Of a stretch of DNA of 55,980 bases, positions 7,508 to 15,828 are shown in pieces (position 1 is the first letter of the stretch; the number at the start of each line of letters is the position of its first letter). The translations under genes and the position numbers were made by a program. Origin of the DNA: Candidatus Zambryskibacteria bacterium RIFCSPHIGHO2_02_FULL_43_14. GTDB lineage: Bacteria > Patescibacteriota > Minisyncoccia > Phycocordibacterales > Zambryskibacteraceae. The notes beneath the pieces are model-generated. The model saw only the letters and a list, made by a program, of their open reading frames with translations, searched no databases and was not told where the DNA came from. The stretch is taken from the NCBI GenBank assembly GCA_001825315.1, contig MHVR01000023.1:1-55980 (forward strand), read 5' to 3'.

Positions 7508-7834
7508 ATGGATAACTTACATGCATTTTTTGCTCGACTGAATTTGAAGAAGAATGGCCGGCTATTCGGTTATGGTACCAGTCCAGAAGCCGACTGGAAG
7601 ATCATTTTTGTCTCTACGGCGGTTTTAGCCGTTTTGATGATTGGATTTAGTATTTTTATCTTTATCAAGATTGATAGGGAAGAAATTTTCGTGGTGAAAG
7701 AGCCGGTAGAGCAGGGAAGCAAGACTTTAGACCTGTCTCTTTTAAAAGAAACCGTTTCTTATTATCAGAACAAAGCTCTTGAATTCGAGAGAATCAAAAA
7801 GGCAAAAACTTCGGCCGTTGACCCTTCGCTTTAA
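7508..7834 (+). CDS. single-TM membrane protein, probably part of the pilus operon
   Basis: 108 aa with one TM. Starts 4 nt after pilO. Confidence 0.5.
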   Translation: MDNLHAFFARLNLKKNGRLFGYGTSPEADWKIIFVSTAVLAVLMIGFSIFIFIKIDREEIFVVKEPVEQGSKTLDLSLLKETVSYYQNKALEFERIKKAKTSAVDPSL

Positions 7835-7855
7835 AAAAGGTTAATATCACAACAC

Positions 7856-7927
7856 GCTCCCGTAGTTCAATGGATAGAACACTGGACTTCTAAGCCAGTT
7901 ACGTAAGTTCGATTCTTACCGGGAGCA
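7856..7927 (+). tRNA. tRNA-Arg (anticodon UCU)
   Basis: Acceptor GCTCCCG/CGGGAGC, D-arm GTTC..GAAC, anticodon loop CTTCTAA, T-loop GTTCGATTC. Confidence 0.9.
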
Positions 7928-8102
7928 CAGTCTAGTGAGACCTACCGAGAGGGGTCAAAACGCAAGTTTTGACAGCCGGAGCAGCTTGGCTGCGAGGCGG
8001 GGTAGCGCAAAAACTCAGCAGAGTTTTATGCGTGACCAACGGAGCAATATTTCAGATGCAGTTTGACTTATAACAGGATAGTTAGCGTGATATAATTTTT
8101 AT

Positions 8103-8366
8103 GTGAAAATAATACTTGTGCTGACAGACTCCAGGAGAAAAAGTCTAGTTTTTGTTACAGATGAATTAGAAGCAATTTCTCTTGAGGCATATATCCGTTC
8201 AGTTATTGAAGGTTGGAGAAAATATATCGATCTTACTCATAAGCAGGCAATTCTAGCAACTTTATACTCACTTTATAAAAAACCGCACAACAAACCAGAA
8301 CCAAGCGACCGTGGCCTTCAAATTGCAAGTGAATTCTACGAGTTCGCCAAAGAATGGCTCAAATGA
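8103..8366 (+). CDS. hypothetical protein (87 aa, GTG start)
   Basis: ORF track only. No family recognised. Confidence 0.4.
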   Translation: MKIILVLTDSRRKSLVFVTDELEAISLEAYIRSVIEGWRKYIDLTHKQAILATLYSLYKKPHNKPEPSDRGLQIASEFYEFAKEWLK

Positions 8367-8626
8367 TCGAGAAATATACAATGAAGTTTTTTGTATTTTT
8401 TATAGTGGCAGGGCTTATTTATTTCGTGATGATTTTATTTTATGGAATGCCGTTACACGATTTCAATCTATGGCGATTGAATATGCTTTATGGAAATGTC
8501 GAAGAATATCATCCTAAAAACTCAAAAATGTTAATAAAAAAGAAATATTTGGGAGGACCAGATGAGCATAGTTCACAGCAATGTAATTACGTCGTGGGGG
8601 AGATTAGATCTTCTACTTTTGGGTGA
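8354..8626 (+). CDS. hypothetical small membrane protein (90 aa)
   Basis: ORF track. One clear TM (FFVFFIVAGLIYFVMILFYG). Overlaps the previous ORF by 13 nt. Confidence 0.4.
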   Translation: MAQMIEKYTMKFFVFFIVAGLIYFVMILFYGMPLHDFNLWRLNMLYGNVEEYHPKNSKMLIKKKYLGGPDEHSSQQCNYVVGEIRSSTFG

Positions 8627-8661
8627 TTATCGTTGTGACAATTAACTCGAAAGTTTGCGAA

Positions 8662-9726
8662 TTAGTCTTGAATTTTTCTGTACCTGGTAGTTCTTCCTTG
8701 ACCAATTCTCTTAACCTTCTTCAGACGCATCAAAACCACGAGAGATTGAGAGACAGTAGGCCTTGCAACTTTGGTTGCTTTCGATATTTCTCCCGGAGTA
8801 GCTTCGGATACATCTTCAAGATACTGCCACACAATAAGTTGCTTGGGGGAGAGGAGGAGTTCGATGTTTTCTCGTGAGAGCAGATCAATCGCTTGTTCTG
8901 CCTGAAGCAAGGTGATTTTCAGGAAAAATTCAGGCCAAGCTAAAATATTTTCTTTATCAGTCTTGATTGTTTTCTGACTTTTGCGGAGAGCTATGTAATA
9001 ATCAGCTTTATTGTCCTCAACCAATTTTTCATGAGAGATGTATGGCACATATGGATAGTCGCTATGAAGCATTAAGAGATTGGTCAGGATGCGGGAAATA
9101 CGGCCGTTGCCGTCCTGGAAAGGATGGATGTTTAGGAGCTCGACCAGAAAATTGCCAATGATGAGAAGCGGATGAAACTCTTTAGCAGCTAGAGCATCTT
9201 TGGTCCAATCTACGAGTTCTAACATTTCTTTGGAAGTAAGATATGCGGGAGTGGTATCAAAAAGAACACCTATCGACTGACCTTTTTCATCAACCATATG
9301 CACCTTGTTTTCAGTTTTCTTGTACTCACCTCTATGGAGTTTGTCTTTCTCGACATATTTCAGAAGCTCACGATGAAAATGTTTAATGGTACTTTCGGAA
9401 AATGGGATAGCTCTCCAAGATTCAAAAACATTATTCAGGAGTTCATAGTATCCCTTCACTTCCTGCTTATCTCGGTTCGCAAATTTCTCCATGGAAAGTC
9501 CTCGCATTAGTTTTTCCACATCTTCGTCAGAGAGCTTAGCACCTTCAATGCGAGTCGAAGCGCCGGTCGAAGTGATGAGAGTGGACTTTTCCAGGCGCCC
9601 TAAGGCCTGCGGGTTGAGTGTAGCGCCCCCTACCCATCTACCCTTAATTTCATCTATGCGATTTAAAAGTTCCCAGATAGACTGTGGAGGGTCTTTGATT
9701 CTTTTGTTGAATTTGTAATTAATCAT
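8662..9726 (-). CDS. Fic family protein (class II, N-terminal inhibitory motif) with C-terminal winged-helix domain
   Basis: 354 aa. Fic motif HPFQDGNGRISR, N-terminal STRIEG matching the (S/T)xxxE(G/N) inhibitory helix, C-terminal wHTH-like VSEATPGEISKATKVARPTVSQSL. Confidence 0.85.
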   Translation of the reverse strand: MINYKFNKRIKDPPQSIWELLNRIDEIKGRWVGGATLNPQALGRLEKSTLITSTGASTRIEGAKLSDEDVEKLMRGLSMEKFANRDKQEVKGYYELLNNVFESWRAIPFSESTIKHFHRELLKYVEKDKLHRGEYKKTENKVHMVDEKGQSIGVLFDTTPAYLTSKEMLELVDWTKDALAAKEFHPLLIIGNFLVELLNIHPFQDGNGRISRILTNLLMLHSDYPYVPYISHEKLVEDNKADYYIALRKSQKTIKTDKENILAWPEFFLKITLLQAEQAIDLLSRENIELLLSPKQLIVWQYLEDVSEATPGEISKATKVARPTVSQSLVVLMRLKKVKRIGQGRTTRYRKIQD

Positions 9727-10087
9727 AAAGCTTGGATTGAATCCAATCTAATACTCTACATGTATGAGATTATATTAGATTATGCTAAAAGTGCAAGCCG
9801 AACCGAAAAATCATTTTTAAAAAGTGAGTATTTAAGGCATATTTTCAGGTACGGTTGGATTCCTAGCGCCCGCACCATGTTGGAAAAGTCAATGCCTCGC
9901 CCCGCCTTCGGCGGGTCTCGGCGACCAAATCGTATGGATTTTTCGGGGCAAACACGAATTGGCGATTTCGCATTTTAGGGAAAGAAAATTTTTTAATCCT
10001 TTTAATCATAAATAGATAATTATGCATTATAATAAGTTAGAGAAAGGTCGGTCGGCTTTTCTATTAAAATCATTAAATTCATAAACT

Positions 10088-10621
10088 ATGAAACAACTTG
10101 ATCCAAAAGCAGTCTGGTTATTCTTCATTAGTTTCGTTTTGCGTGCGTTTATTCCAATCATATTTTTGAGCATTTATGGTGCAGTAATTTTGAGCGATCT
10201 TGGCAAAAGTCTTGATAACGGTGGCGAGTTTTCATTTGGTTTTCTAAATTGGTTGTGGATTATTATTCCTGTCTTCCTAGTTTTGTGTTTTGTTTGGGCT
10301 AAACTCACTTACCACTTTTATCGCTATGAACTTACTGATGCAGGTTTTCGCAAGGAGCTTGGGGTTATCTACAAAAAGTATGTAACTATTCCTTACGACC
10401 GAATTCAAAACGTTGACATCAATCGTGGCATCTTGGCTCGCATTCTTGGACTGTCTGACCTTAATATCCAAACAGCTGGTATGAGCGCAACGGTATCACG
10501 TTACGGCGTAATGGGCGGTGGTGCAGAGGGGAGATTGCCCGCAGTTTCTATGGCAGTCGGTGAACAACTTCGAGACGAACTAATTCAGCGCACTCGCCAA
10601 TCTAAAAATCAGGGACTCTAA
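10088..10621 (+). CDS. membrane protein with bacterial PH domain (bPH2/YdbS-like)
   Basis: 177 aa. Two TM helices then YRYELTDAGFRKELGVIYKKYVTIPYDRIQNVDINRGILARILGLSDLNIQTAG, typical of bPH_2. Confidence 0.8.
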   Translation: MKQLDPKAVWLFFISFVLRAFIPIIFLSIYGAVILSDLGKSLDNGGEFSFGFLNWLWIIIPVFLVLCFVWAKLTYHFYRYELTDAGFRKELGVIYKKYVTIPYDRIQNVDINRGILARILGLSDLNIQTAGMSATVSRYGVMGGGAEGRLPAVSMAVGEQLRDELIQRTRQSKNQGL

Positions 10622-10951
10622 ATTTTTCAAAGAATTCTGCCGCCCCATACTTCGCCAAGGCTTCATAGGGTAATGCAAAGCAAAACTTGAAATCCGTCTG
10701 AACGAATTCATTTGGGCAGGTTGTCATTCGTGCGGTTCCCCGCCTGCGGCGGGGAAAGCGGTTCGGACTAATTCAAGAATACTGCACATTAGTGAACTTT
10801 TTGAGTACAAATCCTGATGTGAGAATTTGCTTTCTCTTGGCAATATCACCATTTTTGAATTCCTCTCTGACTCTTTCTGTAAAGGTGAGAGTACTTTCAA
10901 GCCGGATAAGTCAATCATCTATCCTCTTATCATCTCTGGTTCATTAATAAA

Positions 10952-10986
10952 AAACAATCCACTGATTTTTCAATGGATTGTCTCAA
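10952..10986 (-). terminator. rho-independent terminator for gene 11022-11483
   Basis: On the minus strand: CAATCCAtTG..CAgTGGATTG stem followed by TTTTTT. Coordinates approximate. Confidence 0.6.
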
Positions 10987-11021
10987 AACTAATTTAATTA
11001 GTTTGTGTGGACCCAATATCC

Positions 11022-11483
11022 TTATGGATGAATCTGCGAACCTTGTCCTCCAATTGAGTAAACGTACGGTGTTGCTCCATATGCGTCATCGGGGCCAAAA
11101 TTGTCTCCCCAAATCTCAACATATCCGTTGGAACATTTTGTGTTATTAAAGACCGTCCCAAAATCAAGATAAGGCGTCTCTCCATAGTCACCAGACCATT
11201 TTACGAGTATTTTGCATGTACCGTAATCCGCAGGATAACCAAACAATGTTGCTGGACCATTTAGTGTATATATTCCCTGCTCCTCACCAGAATTACCGAT
11301 GGGCTTACAACCATATATATCAGCTCGTGTTCCTGTTCCAAGAAGACCGTAAGGATCAGTTACAATCGTACTGCAATCTATGTCCGCGCTTGGATTGGCC
11401 GCGAACGCTACACTTGCTATAGCAAACATCGATATAATCGCTGCGGATGCAATAGCACCACCTACAATTTTATTTTCCATCAT
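11022..11483 (-). CDS. secreted hypothetical protein (signal peptide, Cys-containing)
   Basis: 153 aa. N-terminal hydrophobic signal ending AFA-ANP. Four Cys. No family recognised. Confidence 0.6.
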   Translation of the reverse strand: MMENKIVGGAIASAAIISMFAIASVAFAANPSADIDCSTIVTDPYGLLGTGTRADIYGCKPIGNSGEEQGIYTLNGPATLFGYPADYGTCKILVKWSGDYGETPYLDFGTVFNNTKCSNGYVEIWGDNFGPDDAYGATPYVYSIGGQGSQIHP

Positions 11484-11662
11484 AATCGTATTTATTTATT
11501 ATTAATAAAGTCTTTTTCACCGTTTTTATGGTGATCAACTTGTTCAGTATATATATTACACATGGAGAATACAAGAAAACCAATTGTTTGTTAGTTCTTA
11601 GACTTTCTACGTGATCCGATATCAACAAAGAGGTTCTAACGTCATACAATAAACGGCATAAT

Positions 11663-12823
11663 TCATTTTCTTTGTTTGGCAAGTTTCTTTACAGCACTAG
11701 AAACAGCAAGCACTACTTTCTTATCAAACGGATCGGGAATAATTCTCTTTGCCGTCGGTTTCTTGACTACCGAAGCGAGGGCCAACGCTGCCGCAATTTT
11801 CATATTATCGGTAATTTGTGTTATGCGGGATTCTATTGCTCCTTTAAAAATTCCCGGGAAGGCGAGGACATTATTGATTTGGTTTGGAAAATCAGAACGG
11901 CCGGAAGCGACAACGGCTGCTCCGCCTCGCTTGGCCTCGCTTGGCATAATTTCGGGCACGGGATTAGCCATAGCGAAGATGATCGCCCGCTTTGCCATAG
12001 TGCCGACGTCAGAAACTTTGAGCAGATTGCCCTTTGAGACTCCAATAAAGACATCAGCGTCCTTAAGGGCTTCGAAGAGCGAACCCGAGAGATTATTTCC
12101 ATTAGTGATTTTGAGGATTTCTTTTTTTACAGATGTAAGGTCATGTCGTTTTTTACTTACAATTCCTTGACTATCGCAGACTACGATGTGGCGTACCCCA
12201 TAGAGATAGAGGAGTTTCGCAATGGCCGTTCCGGCCGCACCCGCGCCGTTTATCACCACTCGTACCAATTCTTTTTTCTTTCTGACTACTTTCAATGCGT
12301 TGATAAGTCCGGCAAGAACCACAATAGCGGTACCGTGTTGATCGTCGTGCATCACGGGAATAGGAAGATTCTTTTTTAAACGTGTTTCGATTTCGAAACA
12401 GCGCGGCGCGGAAATATCTTCCAGATTAATGCCACCGAAGGTTGGCGCGATGGCTTTAACCGTAGCCACTATCTCATCAGTGTTCTGGGTGGAGAGCACA
12501 ATCGGGAAGGCGTCAATGTTGGCAAAACGTTTGAAGAGTACAGCCTTGCCTTCCATGATAGGCAGGGCCGCTTCGGGGCCAATATTACCTAATCCCAAGA
12601 CTGCCGAGCCGTCCGAAACAATGGCCACGCCATTTTTAGTTGAAGTTAAATCGTAGGCAAGTTTCTTGTTTTTCGCTATTTCTAGCGCTGGTCCGGCTAC
12701 TCCCGGTGTGTATGCTATTGCCAAATCTTCGCGATTCCTAACAGGAAATTTGCTAATAACTGCAATTTTCCCGCGAGCTTTCCGGTGGGCTTCGATACTT
12801 AATTTTTGATAGTTTTTTTCCAT
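11663..12823 (-). CDS. NAD(P)-dependent malic enzyme (short form)
   Basis: 386 aa. LAIAYTPGVA, VAIVSDGSAVLGLGNIGPEAALPIMEGKAVLFK and GINLEDISAPRCFEIE are malic-enzyme signatures. Confidence 0.9.
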   Translation of the reverse strand: MEKNYQKLSIEAHRKARGKIAVISKFPVRNREDLAIAYTPGVAGPALEIAKNKKLAYDLTSTKNGVAIVSDGSAVLGLGNIGPEAALPIMEGKAVLFKRFANIDAFPIVLSTQNTDEIVATVKAIAPTFGGINLEDISAPRCFEIETRLKKNLPIPVMHDDQHGTAIVVLAGLINALKVVRKKKELVRVVINGAGAAGTAIAKLLYLYGVRHIVVCDSQGIVSKKRHDLTSVKKEILKITNGNNLSGSLFEALKDADVFIGVSKGNLLKVSDVGTMAKRAIIFAMANPVPEIMPSEAKRGGAAVVASGRSDFPNQINNVLAFPGIFKGAIESRITQITDNMKIAAALALASVVKKPTAKRIIPDPFDKKVVLAVSSAVKKLAKQRK

Positions 12824-12842
12824 TTAAGATAAAAAATGATAT

Positions 12843-13211
12843 TCAAAATAAGTCTGATACTCTCGATAATGCAAGGAGATTCATCTCATTATCATTATAG
12901 TTGTCAATATGCGAGGTAATACACAAAAATGCAATAATCGCACCCTTTACTACAAACCACATTCTAGGAAATTGATTTGGACGCAGACCAGAATTTGGGA
13001 CAATGAGTTCAATTTTCCAAAGTGTCCAAATATCATTCTGTGAAATGCGATGAAGTTTTCCCGGTCCAATTGCTGGTTGTGGGTTTGTAGGGTGGAATTG
13101 TTTTTCACATAACCTCTCAAATGCGGAAAGGCCATCATCTATATTGTGAAATCGCCGCCCTAGGGCGGCGATTTCTTTTTGAATGCCGTCGTGGTAAAGG
13201 AATTGAATCAT
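12843..13211 (-). CDS. putative toxin partner of the Panacea antitoxin (RelE/ParE-like fold suspected)
   Basis: 122 aa. ATGA overlap with the upstream DUF4065 gene. The C-terminal pattern KLHRIS..WTLWKIEL..G..PRMWFVVKGAIIAFLCITSH resembles RelE/HigB-type beta-sheet cores. Confidence 0.5.
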   Translation of the reverse strand: MIQFLYHDGIQKEIAALGRRFHNIDDGLSAFERLCEKQFHPTNPQPAIGPGKLHRISQNDIWTLWKIELIVPNSGLRPNQFPRMWFVVKGAIIAFLCITSHIDNYNDNEMNLLALSRVSDLF

Positions 13212-13699
13212 GAATCACCAAAATCTGTACCACGATAGTATGTCAGTTCGTAAGGAATCTCTTTTCGCAACTCTGTGCCAATATATGGGGCTTCAGCGTG
13301 GGACAGTTCTTCTAATTGCTTACCGTTGAGATGGCCGTATTTTATGACAATTCTGTCAAGCATTTTCTTCTCTTCCTCATTAAAGACAGAAATATCAGGT
13401 TCGACGATACATTTGTACACTTCAGTTGGATTATATCCTACGCGCTCCTCGATCTGCTCAATACTGAGCATTTTTTTCTTTACCATTTCAGCAGTAATTT
13501 CTTCCAACGCAGAGGGTACGGGACCCATGGGAAGCGCACAATAAATATCGCCAGTTATTAACTTCTGACTTTTTTCATACAAGTCAAAATCCGCAAAATA
13601 GAGTAATTTCGCTAACTTTTTCTTACCGCGCACCTCGCCTTTTAACTTCCGGCACAAATACAGGATGGCATTCTGGTACTGTTTCCGGCGTAGGGACAT
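13208..13699 (-). CDS. Panacea-domain (DUF4065, SocA/GepA-like) antitoxin-type protein
   Basis: 163 aa. KKLAKLLYFADFDLYEKSQKLITGDIYCALPMGPVP matches the DUF4065 core. Confidence 0.75.
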   Translation of the reverse strand: MSLRRKQYQNAILYLCRKLKGEVRGKKKLAKLLYFADFDLYEKSQKLITGDIYCALPMGPVPSALEEITAEMVKKKMLSIEQIEERVGYNPTEVYKCIVEPDISVFNEEEKKMLDRIVIKYGHLNGKQLEELSHAEAPYIGTELRKEIPYELTYYRGTDFGDS

Positions 13700-13769
13700 A
13701 TCGCTTATATGATACTAGATATTACGATGATGAACAAGCATCTGAACATGTTGTAAGTTTTTTATTTAG

Positions 13770-13851
13770 TGGGCACGGAGGGATTTGAACCCTCAATCCT
13801 TGCGGCACACGATTCTGAATCGTGCGCGTATACCAATTCCGCCACGTGCCC
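13770..13851 (-). tRNA. tRNA-Leu (anticodon CAG)
   Basis: Reverse complement: acceptor GGGCACG/CGTGCCC, D-loop AATTGGTAT, anticodon loop TTCAGAA, long variable arm, T-loop GTTCAAATC. Confidence 0.9.
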
Positions 13852-13891
13852 GTGCAAAGACAATACATTATATGATAACATCGTGCCATTA

Positions 13892-13964
13892 GGGCGGTTA
13901 GCTCAGTTGGTAGAGCGCCTCATTTACACTGAGGATGTCAGGGGTTCGAGCCCTCTACCGCCCA
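13892..13964 (+). tRNA. tRNA-Val (anticodon UAC)
   Basis: Acceptor GGGCGGT/ACCGCCC, D-arm GCTCAGTTGGTAGAGC, anticodon loop TTTACAC, T-loop GTTCGAGCC. Confidence 0.9.
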
Positions 13965-13990
13965 CTCGACAAGCTCGTGGTAAACCACCC

Positions 13991-14752
13991 ATGATTGATT
14001 TATCCAAAAATATTCTCTACGAGGACGAGAACATTCTTGTATTGAATAAACCCGCTGGGTTAATAGTGCATCCTGATGGGCGTATTGTTGAGCCGAGCGT
14101 TTCGGAGTGGTTTGCTAAAACTTATCCGGATTCAAAAGATGTGGGGGAGTCTATAAAGAAGACCAGTGGCGAGTTGATAGAAAGAGCGGGCGTGGTGCAC
14201 AGGATAGACCGAGAAACTTCCGGGGTTTTACTTTTAGCGAAAACCAAAAGAGGTTATGCCGTTTTAAAAGAACAATTTCAGAAAAGAGAAATTGAAAAAA
14301 TTTACCATCTATTTATCTACGGCAATATGAAAGACGATTATGGCACGATAAACTTGCCTATAGGCAGAAGTGTTTCTAACTTTAAAAAAAGATCTGCGCA
14401 GAGAGGGGCGAGAGGGGAGATGCGCGAGGCGATAACATATTTCCAAGTACTTAAACGGGTAAGTGACCCTCCTTCGCATAAAGCTTCGGAGGGGCAAAGC
14501 AAGAGTGTTACTTTCATGGAAGCTAAACCTAAGACGGGCAGAACACACCAGATTCGAGTGCACTTCAAAGCGCTTCATCACCCGATCGTCTGTGACAAGC
14601 TTTATGCGCCCAATAAACCGTGCCTCCTCGGTTTTACTCGTCTCGCTCTCCACTCTCGTGCTATTACTTTCAAAACCGTGAATGATAAAAAAGTGATAAT
14701 AGAAGCCCCGTATCCAGAAGATTTCAAACAAGCTCTCAATATGTTAAACTAG
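13991..14752 (+). CDS. RluA-family pseudouridine synthase
   Basis: Track ORF 13769-14752 trimmed to ATG 13991 because its first 74 codons run through two tRNA genes. Motifs ILVLNKPAGLIVHP, HRIDRETSGVLLLAKT, GRTHQIRVH. Confidence 0.85.
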   Translation: MIDLSKNILYEDENILVLNKPAGLIVHPDGRIVEPSVSEWFAKTYPDSKDVGESIKKTSGELIERAGVVHRIDRETSGVLLLAKTKRGYAVLKEQFQKREIEKIYHLFIYGNMKDDYGTINLPIGRSVSNFKKRSAQRGARGEMREAITYFQVLKRVSDPPSHKASEGQSKSVTFMEAKPKTGRTHQIRVHFKALHHPIVCDKLYAPNKPCLLGFTRLALHSRAITFKTVNDKKVIIEAPYPEDFKQALNMLN

Positions 14753-14757
14753 CCCAT

Positions 14758-14949
14758 ATGACCACGGCATTAAAAAATGAAATAAAAGAACTAGCCCGCC
14801 TAAGCGTGCGAGAGGCTCTCGTGGAAGAGCTGATGAAAGCGCGCGCGGGTGTTTTGTCGTTTATCTCCATAAAAGAGCAGAAGGGAATAGAAAAATTGTA
14901 TAACAGACCATCTCATCGCGCGGTACGAACAATCCGTATTCGTATCTAA
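14758..14949 (+). CDS. putative type II antitoxin (family unclear)
   Basis: 63 aa. Sits immediately upstream of a RelE-like ORF (8-nt gap). Confidence 0.5.
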   Translation: MTTALKNEIKELARLSVREALVEELMKARAGVLSFISIKEQKGIEKLYNRPSHRAVRTIRIRI

Positions 14950-14957
14950 TAGACTTC

Positions 14958-15227
14958 ATGGTTTGGGTAATCGAGATTTCAAGACAGGCGGAAAAATTTT
15001 TAAAACAGCATCATCTATCGGACAACTTCGTTGTTGAACCAATACGAAAAGCTATCCAAAAATTGCGAGGAGGAACAGTTGCCATTGATATTAAGCGTCT
15101 TTCCGGCAAATGGGATGGATATTTGCGCGTTCGAGTAGGGAAGAATAGGATTATATTTTCAATAAATTCCGAAAAACAAACGGTACTAGTTGAGGTTGTA
15201 GATAACCGCGGTAGCGCGTATAGGTAA
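14958..15227 (+). CDS. RelE/ParE-superfamily toxin
   Basis: 89 aa. KRLSGKWDGYLRVRVGKNRIIFSINSEKQTVLVEVVDNRGSAY is the classic RelE/StbE pattern. Confidence 0.75.
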   Translation: MVWVIEISRQAEKFLKQHHLSDNFVVEPIRKAIQKLRGGTVAIDIKRLSGKWDGYLRVRVGKNRIIFSINSEKQTVLVEVVDNRGSAYR

Positions 15228-15333
15228 TCAAAAAACCATAAAAAGCCTTATTTAGAAGCCTAAATTAAGGTATCAGAAAGTCATATATATTTAATTTGTC
15301 TTGAGGCAGATATTGTGTTAGATTGGTCTCCTA

Positions 15334-15726
15334 ATGAATAGGGTCATAAGTCCAGTAAATATTGAAGAAAGGCAGAAACTTGAGCTCCGCGCGGGGGATA
15401 CTGTGCGTGTCTGGCAGAAAATTGTTGAGAAGGGCAAAACCCGTCTGCAAGCTTTTGAGGGACTAGTACTCGCTCGTAAACACGGCAAGGAAGCCGGGGC
15501 CACCTTCACTGTCCGTCGCATGTCTTCCGGTGTAGGGGTAGAAAAAATTTTCCCACTCTATTCTCCTGTGATCGAAAAGATCGAAGTTGTGAAGCGTTCT
15601 AAGGTTCGTCGTGCCAAGCTTTATCACATCCGAGAAAAAGCAGCCAAAGAAATTAGCCGTCAGATGAGAAATCAGAGAATGGCGAAGAATGCCGAAGTGG
15701 TTGAAGAAACTATCGAACCAAAGTAG
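15334..15726 (+). CDS. rplS: 50S ribosomal protein L19
   Basis: 130 aa. [38 protein letters not shown]...[11 protein letters not shown]. Confidence 0.92.
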   Translation: MNRVISPVNIEERQKLELRAGDTVRVWQKIVEKGKTRLQAFEGLVLARKHGKEAGATFTVRRMSSGVGVEKIFPLYSPVIEKIEVVKRSKVRRAKLYHIREKAAKEISRQMRNQRMAKNAEVVEETIEPK

Positions 15727-15738
15727 TATTGGCAATAT

Positions 15739-15820
15739 GCTCGGGTGTTGTAATTAGTAGCCAAGCAGGATTGAGGTTCCTGTGCCGCAAGGCGTGGAGG
15801 TGCAAATCCTCTCCCGAGCA
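15739..15820 (+). tRNA. tRNA-Leu (anticodon GAG) with non-canonical D-loop/T-loop
   Basis: Acceptor GCTCGGG/CCCGAGC, anticodon stem CAGGA/TCCTG with loop TTGAGGT, variable arm GCC-GCAA-GGC. The T-loop reads TGCAAAT (G at position 55) and the D-loop reads AATTAGTAG (A where G18 is expected). Confidence 0.75.
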
Positions 15821-15828
15821 CACTTCGG

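Noticed and set aside
10731-10765. CRISPR-repeat-like sequence GTGCGGTTCCCCGCCTGCGGCGGGGAAAGCGG, which resembles type I-E repeats (GTTCCCCGC..GCGGGGA).
   Set aside because: Only one copy is present, with no regularly spaced repeats, spacers or cas genes in the window. The stem CCCCGCC..GGCGGGG is the same type used by ordinary terminators here (52341-52370, and a related one at 9900-9915). It is most likely a decayed terminator or GC-rich hairpin patch.
13769-13990. N-terminal 74 codons of track ORF 13769-14752.
   Set aside because: This part runs through tRNA-Leu(CAG) (antisense) and tRNA-Val. The pseudouridine synthase homology begins at Met75 (ATG 13991).
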